Positions 16,574 through 26,542 of a DNA stretch of 59,425 nt are shown piece by piece. The translations under genes and the position numbers were made by a program. The notes below the pieces were generated by a model. The model saw only the letters and a program-made list of their open reading frames with translations, was not told the origin of the DNA and did not search any database. How positions within the stretch are numbered: position 1 is the first letter of the stretch; each line of letters opens with the position of its first letter. The DNA comes from Patescibacteria group bacterium UBA1406 (lineage in GTDB: Bacteria; Patescibacteriota; Microgenomatia; UBA1406), in NCBI GenBank assembly GCA_002305675.1, contig DBQA01000006.1:189581-249005 (forward strand), in the 5' to 3' direction.

Positions 16574-17349
16574 AGCTCGCCGTTATCCTGGTCACTTACA
16601 AGTCACCCAAAAAGGAGCTTGAAAGGCTCAGGGAAGAAATTAAGAGGACAAAGATCCGACACAAACTGTACTTGTTTGACAACTCAAGGCATAATATTGG
16701 CTTCGCGGCTGCAGCCAATAGGGGAATTGTCCAGGCGCTTAAGGACGGCAAGGACCTCTTTCTGCTCCTGAACCATGATGTCAGCCTAATAAACCTGACC
16801 GCTCGGGACATCGGGGATGCCAGGTTCATGTACGACATATTCGGGGGTGCATTCCGTCAGGGAGACAAGACCTATTTTGGCGGGAAAATCGATTACCTGT
16901 CCATGAGCGGCGGACTTATCGATAATAAGCCCCCATCCCGTTTCAGTTCGTGTGATTTCGTTTCCGGGTCGATGATGTTCATCAACAAAAAGACGGTGGA
17001 TAAGATCGGCTTCTTGGACGAACAGTATTTTCTATATTATGAGGATGTGGAATATTGCTACCGGGCTACAAAAGCCGGCCTTCGCGTCGGGATCAATACC
17101 GCCATCGAATATGAGCACTTCGAGATCTCCAAAAAGTTTACCGAGAAGGAATATTACCTGACCAGGAACAGACTATTATTTGCCCGCGAACACGGCAACT
17201 TTCTCCAAAAAACCTACCTGGCCCTAAAAACGCCACTGCAGATCAAACGGATAAGGCATTCCAAGAATAGCAAGGACCGGCAAATCCTGCAGGGATACCG
17301 TGATTATTTGGATATCGTGAATCATGATCGACAAGAAGTTTCTGCTTAA
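16570..17349 (+). CDS. GT2 glycosyltransferase (rhamnosyltransferase/WbbL-like)
   Basis: 259 aa. AVILVTYKSP, NIGFAAAANRG, LLLNHDV, FLYYEDVEYCYR. Confidence 0.85.
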   Translation: MKLAVILVTYKSPKKELERLREEIKRTKIRHKLYLFDNSRHNIGFAAAANRGIVQALKDGKDLFLLLNHDVSLINLTARDIGDARFMYDIFGGAFRQGDKTYFGGKIDYLSMSGGLIDNKPPSRFSSCDFVSGSMMFINKKTVDKIGFLDEQYFLYYEDVEYCYRATKAGLRVGINTAIEYEHFEISKKFTEKEYYLTRNRLLFAREHGNFLQKTYLALKTPLQIKRIRHSKNSKDRQILQGYRDYLDIVNHDRQEVSA

Positions 17350-18559
17350 TTTCGGCTCGCTCAATTTTTCCTCGCTTTTCAACAAGGCAGTCAGTTTTCT
17401 CTATGTCGTTACCCTCATCCGCCTCCTGCCCCCGGAAGCTTTCGGGATATACAGCCTGGTGTGGGCACATCTCGGGCTCTTGGCCGCGTGGGAGGATCTT
17501 GGTACTACCCCCTACGGCCTGCTTCAGGGAACCATCAGGGAAAAAAAGACCCTCAACAACATCTTCACCCTCCGACTTGCCCTCGGAGTGGTAGTCAGTA
17601 TCCTGACCGTAGCCACTGCCCTGATCTTCAACTATCCCCGGGAGGTAGTCGGCGTCATCGTCATCTTTTCCACCCTCTATTTCCATAACGCGGTCACGGG
17701 CTTCTTTCTGATCATCGCTTCCCTGCAAAAAAAGCTCCATTTGCCGGCGGTCTTCTCCATCGTCTTCAACCTCGTCCTCATCCTCGGCAATATCATCCTG
17801 CTTATTTTCACCCGGAACATCTACCTGGTGTTCGGCCTGACTGCCCTCAACTACCTCCTGTACGGCCTTATCATCCTCTGGGTGACCCGGCGGCGGTTTT
17901 TCCGGGTTGAACTGGGGTGGGACATCGCCACCATCAGGAAGGTGGTGCGGAAATCCCTTGTCTTCTCGCTGATCTCTTTTTTCGCCTCCATCTATTTCAA
18001 GGCCGACTTCGTCATTATCAATCACATTCTGGGGCCGGTTAGCCTGGCAGTCTATTCCGCTGCCTACAAGTTCTACGAAGTGCCGCTCCTCTTGATAGCC
18101 AATTACAACTTCAGTTCCATTCCCACCTTCAGAAACCTTTACCGGGAGAGTCTGGCCAAATTCAAAAAAAAGATCCTGGCCGACAGCCTATTCCTTACCG
18201 GTCTGTCACTGATCGTCGTCCTCGGGACATGGGTCGCGGGAGGCCCCATTATCAGCGCTTTCTTCTCGGACCGCTACACCGAATCCATCCCTGTTTTGAA
18301 TATCCTTATTCTGGCCTTGCCATTCCTGCTCCTGACATCTGTTTTTCTGAACGCTATCTATGCCAAGGGTGAGGAGAGAAGGGCGGTAGGCGGTTTTGCG
18401 GCGCTCGCGGCCATCAATATCGGAGCAAATATCATTCTCGTACCGATATATGGCTACCGGGCTTCGGCCCTCATCACCGTCGCTACCGAGGTAATTGCCA
18501 CTCTCATCTTTGGTGGTTATTTGTTCTTCTCCATAAGATATGTACAGGATCGCAATTGA
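17324..18559 (+). CDS. Wzx/MOP-family polysaccharide flippase
   Basis: 411 aa with about 12 TM segments and polysaccharide-biosynthesis-protein-like topology. Overlaps both neighbours. Confidence 0.8.
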   Translation: MIDKKFLLNFGSLNFSSLFNKAVSFLYVVTLIRLLPPEAFGIYSLVWAHLGLLAAWEDLGTTPYGLLQGTIREKKTLNNIFTLRLALGVVVSILTVATALIFNYPREVVGVIVIFSTLYFHNAVTGFFLIIASLQKKLHLPAVFSIVFNLVLILGNIILLIFTRNIYLVFGLTALNYLLYGLIILWVTRRRFFRVELGWDIATIRKVVRKSLVFSLISFFASIYFKADFVIINHILGPVSLAVYSAAYKFYEVPLLLIANYNFSSIPTFRNLYRESLAKFKKKILADSLFLTGLSLIVVLGTWVAGGPIISAFFSDRYTESIPVLNILILALPFLLLTSVFLNAIYAKGEERRAVGGFAALAAINIGANIILVPIYGYRASALITVATEVIATLIFGGYLFFSIRYVQDRN

Positions 18560-19592
18560 CGGGGGAGGCCTTCTCGCCAACCAGAACGAACGTTTCGGCA
18601 ACTACACTGTCAGCAGGGAGCTCGTCAATGCCCTCTCGCGCCTGGACCGTCAGAACGCCTACACCATCTACACTTTTGCCGACCTAAACCTTCCCTTGCC
18701 TGACAATTTCGCTATAAAAAAACTAAGGCCGAAAACAGGTTGGATGAAACTCGCTGTCCCAATAGAGGAGTTGATGAATCCCAAGCATATCTTCCTGGCC
18801 GTCAATCAAGCCATCCCTCCCTTTACCAGAAGCAAAGTCATCGCTTTTTCGCACGGAACTGCGCCGTTTCTATATCCGGATTTTTATCCGGGTAGCGGGG
18901 GAGAGTTGAGGAAACAGACGCGGGACATACTGGAACGTGCTGAGATGGTTATAGTCAGCTCTATCAAGGTCCTACATAGCTTTAACGACATTATAGTTCC
19001 CAGCCAAAAAGGACTTTCAAAGATAAAAACCCTTCCATACGGCATCCCAAAATTCCTCCTCGAAGAACACAGGCGGTATAAAAAGAAAAAGATCGTGCTG
19101 CATGTCAGCTCGGGACATGCGATCAAGAATACTCCCCTAATCATAGAGGCTTTTGCCCTTCTCTCCCAAAAAGCGCCGTTCAGGGATTATAAACTGGTCC
19201 TGGCCGGCGTTCCTGTCAGCTCTCTGGCTACCCTCCCTGCTTACTTCAAGATCGAACGATCCATCATCAGCGCGCCACACGCCTCGGAGAATGAACTTAC
19301 CAAACTATACAATGAAGCAGGCGTCTTGGTCACTGCCTCATACTACGAGAGCTTCAATCTGCCAGTCCTCGAAGCTCTCTCACAAGGTACCCAAGTGGTC
19401 GGTACAGAAGGCGCACTGGTACCTGAACTGAAAGGCTATGCCCATACCGCCGCCGGGACTGCCACCGGCCTGGCATCGGCCATGGTCAGGGCTTTGTCAG
19501 TGCCTAAACCTATTAATGTCACCGGTTTACGGCACAAGTTCAGTTGGGAAAAATACGCCCGGCAGATCATAGAGTTTTATGAAGCGATTTGA
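18540..19592 (+). CDS. GT4 glycosyltransferase
   Basis: 350 aa. C-terminal ASYYESFNLPVLEALSQGTQVVG (E-x7-E). Confidence 0.75.
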   Translation: MYRIAIDGGGLLANQNERFGNYTVSRELVNALSRLDRQNAYTIYTFADLNLPLPDNFAIKKLRPKTGWMKLAVPIEELMNPKHIFLAVNQAIPPFTRSKVIAFSHGTAPFLYPDFYPGSGGELRKQTRDILERAEMVIVSSIKVLHSFNDIIVPSQKGLSKIKTLPYGIPKFLLEEHRRYKKKKIVLHVSSGHAIKNTPLIIEAFALLSQKAPFRDYKLVLAGVPVSSLATLPAYFKIERSIISAPHASENELTKLYNEAGVLVTASYYESFNLPVLEALSQGTQVVGTEGALVPELKGYAHTAAGTATGLASAMVRALSVPKPINVTGLRHKFSWEKYARQIIEFYEAI

Positions 19593-20739
19593 CATGAAAA
19601 TTGCCCTCATTCGCGGCTCGTACCTGAACCCTAATGAACTGGCAAATTACTCCCCTCTTGTGAAAAGCGTGAAAATTATGTCTTTCTCCTCCAGATTTAT
19701 GCTTGGTTCCGATGCCCTGATACCCAATAGGCCGCTCTGGTCCCTGAACGACCTGCCGCGGATCTTCCCTCCTCCCCTTCTCCCGCTCGGAGAAAGGGCG
19801 GTCAAGTTTCTGGCAAACCGCTCCCTGGGCGACGCCCAGATCCTTTTCGGCCTGGAAAAAGAACTCAGGGATTCTGATATCCTAGATACCGCCGATCCCC
19901 ACTATTATTACAGCCTGCAGGCGGCCAGAGTGAAGATGGCGTGTCCGGAAAAAACCCTGGCTGTAACCTACTGCGAAACCATCCCCTTCAACAACGAGGG
20001 CACGCGCCGGAAAAAAGAACTGAAACGACTTATCCTGGCCATCGCCGATGTCGTTATTTGCCACACCGAAAGATCGAAGCAGGCCGCCCTCTGCGAAGGC
20101 GTGCCAGAAAATAAGATCAATATCGTCAGGCTCGGGGTGGATACAAAAAGGTTTCGCCCATCACGTAGGAAGGAAAACCTGGTCCTGTTTGTCGGCCGGC
20201 TGACAGCCGAGAAAGGGCCAGAAACGCTTCTTGAGGCTTTCATCACCTTTGCCAGGAAATATCCCCGATATAAACTGCTGTTCATCGGGCAGGGTGAACT
20301 CGAAGGCCGGTTAAAGCACCGGGTAAAGGAGGCCGGGCTATACGACCGAGTAGATTTCCAAAAACTTCCCTATTGCCGGATCCACGAGGCCTATCAGAGG
20401 GCAAAGATATTCGTCCTTCCCTCAGTAAGCACCAAAACATGGGAAGAGCAGTATGGTATGGTGCTCCTCGAAGCCATGGCCAGCGGGCTTCCCATTGTCA
20501 CTACCGATTGCGGCGCCATTCCCGAGGTAGTCGGCAACTCAGCCGCCGTGGTTCCCATGGGAAATGTCCAAGCCCTTTACCGCGCCTTTAAAAGTATGGC
20601 TGGCCTGCCGGAGAAGTCGGCCATATTCGGTATCAATGCGCGCGAAAGAGCGGTAAAATACTTTAACAGGGAAAATTTTACCAAAAAACTGATCGGAATC
20701 TATGAAAAATATCAGCGGCGTGATCATCGCCAAAAATGA
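19579..20739 (+). CDS. GT4 glycosyltransferase
   Basis: 386 aa. FVGRLTAEKGP..LLFIGQGE..PSVSTKTWEEQYGMVLLEAMASGLPIVTTDCGAIPEVV. Confidence 0.9.
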   Translation: MKRFDMKIALIRGSYLNPNELANYSPLVKSVKIMSFSSRFMLGSDALIPNRPLWSLNDLPRIFPPPLLPLGERAVKFLANRSLGDAQILFGLEKELRDSDILDTADPHYYYSLQAARVKMACPEKTLAVTYCETIPFNNEGTRRKKELKRLILAIADVVICHTERSKQAALCEGVPENKINIVRLGVDTKRFRPSRRKENLVLFVGRLTAEKGPETLLEAFITFARKYPRYKLLFIGQGELEGRLKHRVKEAGLYDRVDFQKLPYCRIHEAYQRAKIFVLPSVSTKTWEEQYGMVLLEAMASGLPIVTTDCGAIPEVVGNSAAVVPMGNVQALYRAFKSMAGLPEKSAIFGINARERAVKYFNRENFTKKLIGIYEKYQRRDHRQK

Positions 20740-21448
20740 AGCGAACGTTATAAGCCGGGCCATCGACCAGCTTGGTTTTACCGAGGAGATAGTCGTTATT
20801 GACGACCAGTCCACGGACGGCACGGCCAAGGTCGCCGAGGCCGGAGGGGCCAGGGTCATTCCCCACGGGCTGGAGGGGGATTTCGCCGATCTGCGCAATT
20901 TTTCCATGACCCAGACCAAAAACGACTGGGTATTGTTTCTGGACGCGGACGAAGTTATCACCCCCGAACTCCGCCAGGAGATTATGGGCCTTAGGGAAAG
21001 CAGTAACGCCTCATGCTACCGGGTCAGGCGGATGGATTTCTTCTGGGGCAGAAAGCTCGAGCATGGAGAAAGCGGCCACACCCTGGTGCCACGACTGGTG
21101 CACAGGCACAGGGGCCGCTTCCAAAGGGAAGTGCACGAGGAGTGGCACGGCCACAAAGGATGCCGGACCTTAAGGTCTTCCCTCCTCCACTACCCCCATC
21201 CGACGGTCAGGGAATTTCTGGCTAAGATCAATCACTATTCCACCCTTAACGCCAGGCACTTCCAAAAAAGCGGCCGGCGGACTAACGTTCTGGACATCGC
21301 CTTCACCCCGGCTTTGAAATTCATCTATACCTATCTCATCAAAGCCGGCTTCCGTGACGGGGCGGCTGGCTTTGTCTACAGCTTCATGATGAGCTTCCAC
21401 TCTTTCCTGACCAGAAGCAAATTATTCCTATTGGACGATAAAAAATGA
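20702..21448 (+). CDS. GT2 glycosyltransferase (small soluble type, paralogue of 15812-16573)
   Basis: 248 aa. ISGVIIAKNEAN..EEIVVIDDQSTDGT..LFLDADEVI. Confidence 0.85.
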   Translation: MKNISGVIIAKNEANVISRAIDQLGFTEEIVVIDDQSTDGTAKVAEAGGARVIPHGLEGDFADLRNFSMTQTKNDWVLFLDADEVITPELRQEIMGLRESSNASCYRVRRMDFFWGRKLEHGESGHTLVPRLVHRHRGRFQREVHEEWHGHKGCRTLRSSLLHYPHPTVREFLAKINHYSTLNARHFQKSGRRTNVLDIAFTPALKFIYTYLIKAGFRDGAAGFVYSFMMSFHSFLTRSKLFLLDDKK

Positions 21449-22554
21449 TCCTGTCCGCCTGCCTTTACCTGATTGTCCTGTCCGCACCTTTGGCCGAGCT
21501 TTTACGGTTTGAGATCATGGACGGAGTCTTTATCAGGTTCATGGATGTTGCCGTCGCGCTTACCGTTTTCTACGCCCTCTCCCGCAAGCCCGGGTTGATG
21601 CGGTCGAACTATCCGGTCCTTCTGCTAATAGCCGCCCTGTTACTTAGCAACATTCCCAATTACTGGGCCCTGAACACGAGCGGCCTTTTTTATGCCCTCC
21701 GTTCGGCCCTATATTTGTGCCTGTTCTTTGTCATCCCTTACCTGATCCAAAAAACGAAAGGACATAAGAGGCTATTAGGTGTCTTTATGGCTTCACTCGC
21801 CGGCCTGACCTTCGTGTCTTTCGTTCAATACCTCCTCTACCCTGATCTGAGGAACTTATACTACCTGGGTTACGACCCGCATAGTTTCCGTCTTTTCGGA
21901 CCTTTCCTGGACCCTAACCTTATGGCCATCATCTTCACCTGGTTCTCCTTTTGGCTGTGGGGGACGGGTCATGCCAAATTCCTCCCCCTGCCTGTCGCCG
22001 CCCTTCTCCTTACCTACTCCAGAGCAACCTGGCTGGCCTCAGCCGGAGGGCTTCTTTATGCAACGCTCAGGAAAAGCCGGCTGGCTATCCCCGCTTTGGT
22101 CCTGGCACTCCTGTTCGTAACAGCTATTCTTCTTCTTCCGAGAAGGTTTGGAGAAGGTACCAACCTCCTCCGCACAAACAGCCTGTACGGCAAGAGGGAG
22201 AGCTGGATCAGGGGCTATGAACTCTTTATCCGGAAACCTATACTTGGTTATGGTTTTAACAACATCCCTGCCCTGAAACCGGAGAATGTTGGTACGGGAC
22301 CGCAGGTCCGCGACAATGCCGCCTACGGACTTGACAACTCCCTGCTGACCATCCTTGTCACCGTGGGAATCGTGGGGCTGACGGCTTATCTGTACCTTAT
22401 CTACCGGCTATTCGTGGATGGCGGCCTGCTACAGAGGTTGATGGTGACCTCCTTCTTTTTACATTCACTGTCGGTGAATGGTTTTTTTGCTCCCGGGGTG
22501 TTGGTATATTTCGTGTTGTTTTACTATTTCAGCGCACTCACTCAACGTAGATGA
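21445..22554 (+). CDS. O-antigen ligase/polymerase-like (Wzy_C) membrane protein
   Basis: 369 aa, polytopic. LLLTYSRATWLASAGG motif and an outside loop before the last TMs. Confidence 0.75.
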   Translation: MILSACLYLIVLSAPLAELLRFEIMDGVFIRFMDVAVALTVFYALSRKPGLMRSNYPVLLLIAALLLSNIPNYWALNTSGLFYALRSALYLCLFFVIPYLIQKTKGHKRLLGVFMASLAGLTFVSFVQYLLYPDLRNLYYLGYDPHSFRLFGPFLDPNLMAIIFTWFSFWLWGTGHAKFLPLPVAALLLTYSRATWLASAGGLLYATLRKSRLAIPALVLALLFVTAILLLPRRFGEGTNLLRTNSLYGKRESWIRGYELFIRKPILGYGFNNIPALKPENVGTGPQVRDNAAYGLDNSLLTILVTVGIVGLTAYLYLIYRLFVDGGLLQRLMVTSFFLHSLSVNGFFAPGVLVYFVLFYYFSALTQRR

Positions 22555-23236
22555 CCTTAAGTTCTTTCTCGATACTGTTGCCCGCCGTGTCCTCGGCCGT
22601 GACTTTGATGACATTCTCCCCCTTCTTCAAGGTAAGGGGATAGGAAAACGTCCCGTCCGCTCTGACCACCACCGGCAGGCCGTTGATCTTGATAAATATC
22701 TCTTTGCCGGTCCTGCCGTCAATGGTTATGTCGGCGTTATAGAACCTTTTTCCGTCATCGATATTGGCCAGTTCAAGAACAGGCTCCTCGCTCAGGTATA
22801 ATATCTGGTACGTTTTTGATTTGCTTGTCTTCTTGCTGTATTCGTCAGTACTCCGCACGTAAAATTCGTTCTTACCGTCCTCCAGGTAGGCCTCGAACTC
22901 GAATTTCCCCTCATAATCGGCCGCCACCGAGTTCAAGAAGATGCCGTTCTGGTAAAGCTTGACCTTGTTATCGGGGTTGGTGCGGCCCCTGACGACAAGG
23001 GTGGCCTCGTTGGTGGCGTGCGGCAGGTTCTCAAGAAGAGGTTCCGTTACCAGGCTGACCTCTTGGGTTTGCTTGGCAGTGTTCTTAGTATTGGCCACCT
23101 TCCGGTCCTGCGTCAGGAAAAAAGCCAGGTCCACGAACATTCTCAGTCCGAAACGGATAAAGAAATAGGCCAATAAGAGGAACAATGCCAGATTGAATAT
23201 GAGACTTGCTTTGATACCCTTGCCTCTTCTACTCAT
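22538..23236 (-). CDS. Membrane-anchored protein with two Ig-like/beta-sandwich repeats
   Basis: 232 aa. N-terminal TM, then two ~80-aa repeats (..VVRGRTNPDNKVKLYQNG.. and ..IDGRTGKEIFIKINGLPV..). The 3' end overlaps the convergent gene by 17 nt. The ATG lies 9 nt after tRNA-Thr. Confidence 0.55.
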   Translation of the reverse strand: MSRRGKGIKASLIFNLALFLLLAYFFIRFGLRMFVDLAFFLTQDRKVANTKNTAKQTQEVSLVTEPLLENLPHATNEATLVVRGRTNPDNKVKLYQNGIFLNSVAADYEGKFEFEAYLEDGKNEFYVRSTDEYSKKTSKSKTYQILYLSEEPVLELANIDDGKRFYNADITIDGRTGKEIFIKINGLPVVVRADGTFSYPLTLKKGENVIKVTAEDTAGNSIEKELKVIYVE

Positions 23237-23245
23237 AAGTCCTTG

Positions 23246-23318
23246 AGCCAGGAGTGGGAATCGAACCCACGACCTCGGCTTTACGAAAGCCTTGCTCTAC
23301 CGACTGAGCTATCCTGGC
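23246..23318 (-). tRNA. tRNA-Thr (anticodon CGU)
   Basis: Manual fold. Acceptor GCCAGGA/TCCTGGC, D arm GCTC-AGTCGGTA-GAGC, anticodon loop TTCGTAA, T arm GTGGG-TTCGATT-CCCAC. 73 nt, no encoded CCA. Confidence 0.9.
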
Positions 23319-23354
23319 TTTGACTGGTATTATTCTACCAAATAGCCGCTCCGA

Positions 23355-24254
23355 TTACATTGCGCGCAGCCTGGCAACCCTTTCATCCACCGTAGGGTGG
23401 GTACTGAACAGGTTGGCAAGCCAGGAACCTTTTTTGTCCCGGTCGGCCTTGAACGGGTTTTCGATGAACAAATGGGCTGTAGCATTAGAGGCGGTCCTCA
23501 TCACGGCCGGAGAACCGGAGATCTTTATCAGAGCCTGGGCCAGTCCTTCCGGATAACGGGTCAGGTAGGCGGCAGAGGCGTCTGCCAGGAACTCCCTTTT
23601 CCTCGAAACGGCTAGCTGCATCAATGTGGCCAGAAGCGGGGCGAGGACGGCGGCCAGAACCGCGAGAAGCATGAATATTGCCGAACCTCCCCGGTCGTCC
23701 CGGCTCCGAGGCCTAAACCACATCGACCTCATGAAAAAGTCGGTCAGATATACTATCAGTCCCACCATCACCGAGACCACGGTCATCACCAGGATATCGT
23801 AGTTCTTGATATGGGAAAGCTCATGGGCCACCACCCCCTCCAGTTCCCGCCTGTCCACCAGGGCCAAAAGTCCTGTGGTAGCCACCACGACCGCGTTTTT
23901 GGGATTCCGGCCGGTGGCGAACGCGTTCGGGGAAGAGTCGTTGATCACATACAGCCTGGGCTTTGGGATACCGGCGGCGAGCGCCAGGTTCTCGGCGACC
24001 GTATAATAGTCAAAATACTCTTCCCGGTTCGCCGGCTTGGCGTTGTGCAGCGTCAGCACGATGCGGTCGGAAAAATAATAGCTGATGAAACTTGAGACAA
24101 AGCTTATCAGAAAAGCGAAGACAAACAGGCTGAAACCGCTATAGCCCATCGCCCTGCCGACCACGAAGACCAACAGGCTCACCAGCACAAAAAAGAACAG
24201 CATGATGAGATATGTCTTTACCCTGTTTGCGGTAATGTGCGAGTAGATATTCAT
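23355..24254 (-). CDS. htpX: Zinc metalloprotease HtpX (M48)
   Basis: 299 aa. TMs, HELSHIKN zinc motif and C-terminal HPTVDERV. Confidence 0.95.
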   Translation of the reverse strand: MNIYSHITANRVKTYLIMLFFFVLVSLLVFVVGRAMGYSGFSLFVFAFLISFVSSFISYYFSDRIVLTLHNAKPANREEYFDYYTVAENLALAAGIPKPRLYVINDSSPNAFATGRNPKNAVVVATTGLLALVDRRELEGVVAHELSHIKNYDILVMTVVSVMVGLIVYLTDFFMRSMWFRPRSRDDRGGSAIFMLLAVLAAVLAPLLATLMQLAVSRKREFLADASAAYLTRYPEGLAQALIKISGSPAVMRTASNATAHLFIENPFKADRDKKGSWLANLFSTHPTVDERVARLRAM

Positions 24255-24266
24255 TTATCCGTTTCC

Positions 24267-24818
24267 TTAAAAACTCACTTTAACGGTTTCCCTTTCCCCC
24301 GGAGTGGCTTCAAAGAAGTCCCTCGATCCGAATTTGAAAGCCGAGGCCAGGATGTTGTTGGGAAAAACCTGGATCGCATTGTTGTACTCCAGGACATTAC
24401 TGTTGTAGAACTGCCGGGAATAGGCGATCTTGTCTTCCGTGTCTGACAGCTCCTGCTGCAGCGCTTGGAAATTGCTGTTCGCTTTCAGTTCGGGATAGGC
24501 TTCGGCCACAGCGAAAAGGCTCTTCAAGGCTCCAGTCAGCATATTGTCCGCCCTTTCCGTCTCTTTGACGTTTTCCGCCTTCATGAGACTGGCCCTCGCC
24601 TTGGTCACGTTCTCAAAGACCTCCTTTTCGTGCTTAGCATAGCCTTTGACGGTCTGCACCAGGTTCGGGATGAGGTCGGTGCGCCTCTTGAGCTGGACAT
24701 CGATGCCGCTCCAGGCTTCCCTGATCCTGTTTACCAGAACTACCAAACGGTTATAAGTGCCCCAGATATAAAGGAGGATCAGACCCCCCACCAGAGCTAT
24801 GATGACAAACGGTTGCAT
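24267..24818 (-). CDS. lemA: LemA family protein
   Basis: 183 aa from ATG 24818 (GGAG SD 7 nt upstream). N-terminal [32 protein letters not shown]. The tracker's longer start (24875) lacks support. Confidence 0.9.
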   Translation of the reverse strand: MQPFVIIALVGGLILLYIWGTYNRLVVLVNRIREAWSGIDVQLKRRTDLIPNLVQTVKGYAKHEKEVFENVTKARASLMKAENVKETERADNMLTGALKSLFAVAEAYPELKANSNFQALQQELSDTEDKIAYSRQFYNSNVLEYNNAIQVFPNNILASAFKFGSRDFFEATPGERETVKVSF

Positions 24819-24916
24819 ATAAATCTCCAAACTTTTAATCGCTAACATTATATGCTGTTTGGAATTAGTTGTCAAAACTCCATAACCCTAATACTGGTTC
24901 TGATAAAATAAAGGCA

Positions 24917-26464
24917 ATGTCCCTCAAAAAACATTTCGGCCTGTTTGTAAAATACAGACTGCACTGGATTTCGCTCCTCTTGGTTTTGCTGTTTTTCACA
25001 GCCAGGGCATATGTCAACCACCTCTATTTTCTCGACTTCGTTGACGAGGAGGACAATTTTCTCATCGGCAAATACCTGCTGGGTCACTGGAAACTCTACT
25101 CCGACCTGTTTTCCCAACACCAGCCGCTGACCTATATTCTGTCCGCTTTTCTCCAATTTGTCAGCAAACCCGAAAATATACTCCTGGTTGTGAAACGTCA
25201 CCGGGAATTTATGATTCTATGGGCTGCGATGTGGAGCGTCCTCTTAACAGTAAGATTCGGTCTGCCTTTATTGATACCTGTTGCCATATTCGAACTGGTA
25301 AAGATCACCCTACTCGGAAATATGTTCCTGGCGGAAAGCTTGGTGGCATATCCGTTGATGTATGTGGTGAGTTACGTACTTTCAGAAAAGATGTATAGAA
25401 AATCCATCGAGATTATCTTCATAGGCATACTGTTTTGGTTCATCTTCTTCAATCTTTTACCCACCTGGCCTTTGCTAGCTTTTATCGGTCTGGTCTTGGT
25501 CCTCAGATCTGAAAGGCTGATTTTTACCCTTGCCTCGTTAGGTGCATTATTAATTTTCACGGCCCTGGTCTCTTTCTCTTTTTCCTCACTCAAAGACTAT
25601 CTATACAGCACTATCATATTAAGTTATAAACACTACATACCCTTGACAAGCGGTATCAGCGGTCAAACTGCTTTATTTGAAGCTTTCCTGAAGCCTGTTT
25701 ATGCCCTATTCCATGCCAACCGGACACCCTTGTCTTGGGTTATAACTGCGTCTTCGGCTTCCCTGCTTCTTAATCTTGTCTTACTGGTTAGCAAGCGAAA
25801 AAACATGGATGCTATGCTGATAATCTTATTCCTGGGTCTTAGTGCTTTAAGACATGTCAGCCTTGATTCCCAGTTTTATACCGCTTTCCACCTTATCCCC
25901 TGGTTCATTGTTTTAATTACTTCATCTTCCATCACCACCTTTCTCGTAATTAAACAGTATTCCAGTTCCTGGATCAGGTATCTGCCGGTATTTTTGCTGG
26001 CCTTGTCTCTGGTTATGGCCGGTTACCAATCACGGGTCGTGCTTTTTGACAAACGTGACAGGGCAGCAGACTACCACATCCACTATTCGCGTTATCATGA
26101 TTATTCGGAGGCGGTCAAGGTCATCGCTAAGCCAGGTGACCGGCTTTTCGCGGTGCCGGTGGCTAATTTGGTTTATTGGGGTTCCGGGATCGAGCCCGCT
26201 TCGAAATATTTCTTTTTCTATGGGTGGATGGAAAATGTGCCCGAGTTTACGGCCGCAGCCCGAAAGCTGTTCTTAAAGAGACCGCCGGCTTTTTTATGGT
26301 GCGAATGTAGTGGTAAAAAAATAACCGTAAGCAAGTATTTGGATAGATATGTACAGATCAAAAAGGACGGGCAGCCTGTCCCTCTTTACGTCAGGGAGAA
26401 CAAAGTTATAAAACTCACCCTGGAAGAGAAAGACAAACTGGGTTTCTACCGATTCGGATTTTAG
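24917..26464 (+). CDS. Polytopic membrane protein with C-terminal soluble domain (possible GT-C-type glycosyltransferase)
   Basis: 515 aa from ATG 24917 (tracker start 24869 is TTG). About 12 TM segments, then a ~130-aa soluble tail. The family call is weak. Confidence 0.55.
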   Translation: MSLKKHFGLFVKYRLHWISLLLVLLFFTARAYVNHLYFLDFVDEEDNFLIGKYLLGHWKLYSDLFSQHQPLTYILSAFLQFVSKPENILLVVKRHREFMILWAAMWSVLLTVRFGLPLLIPVAIFELVKITLLGNMFLAESLVAYPLMYVVSYVLSEKMYRKSIEIIFIGILFWFIFFNLLPTWPLLAFIGLVLVLRSERLIFTLASLGALLIFTALVSFSFSSLKDYLYSTIILSYKHYIPLTSGISGQTALFEAFLKPVYALFHANRTPLSWVITASSASLLLNLVLLVSKRKNMDAMLIILFLGLSALRHVSLDSQFYTAFHLIPWFIVLITSSSITTFLVIKQYSSSWIRYLPVFLLALSLVMAGYQSRVVLFDKRDRAADYHIHYSRYHDYSEAVKVIAKPGDRLFAVPVANLVYWGSGIEPASKYFFFYGWMENVPEFTAAARKLFLKRPPAFLWCECSGKKITVSKYLDRYVQIKKDGQPVPLYVRENKVIKLTLEEKDKLGFYRFGF

Positions 26465-26468
26465 CGGG

Positions 26469-26542
26469 CGGGGCTGACGGGACTCGAACCCGCGACCTTC
26501 CGCGTGACAGGCGGACGCTCTAGCCGACTGAGCTACAACCCC
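26469..26542 (-). tRNA. tRNA-Asp (anticodon GUC)
   Basis: Manual fold. Acceptor GGGGTTG/CAGCCCC, D arm GCTC-AGTCGGCTA-GAGC, anticodon stem TCCGC/GCGGA with loop CTGTCAC, T arm GCGGG-TTCGAGT-CCCGT, discriminator G. No encoded CCA. Confidence 0.9.
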
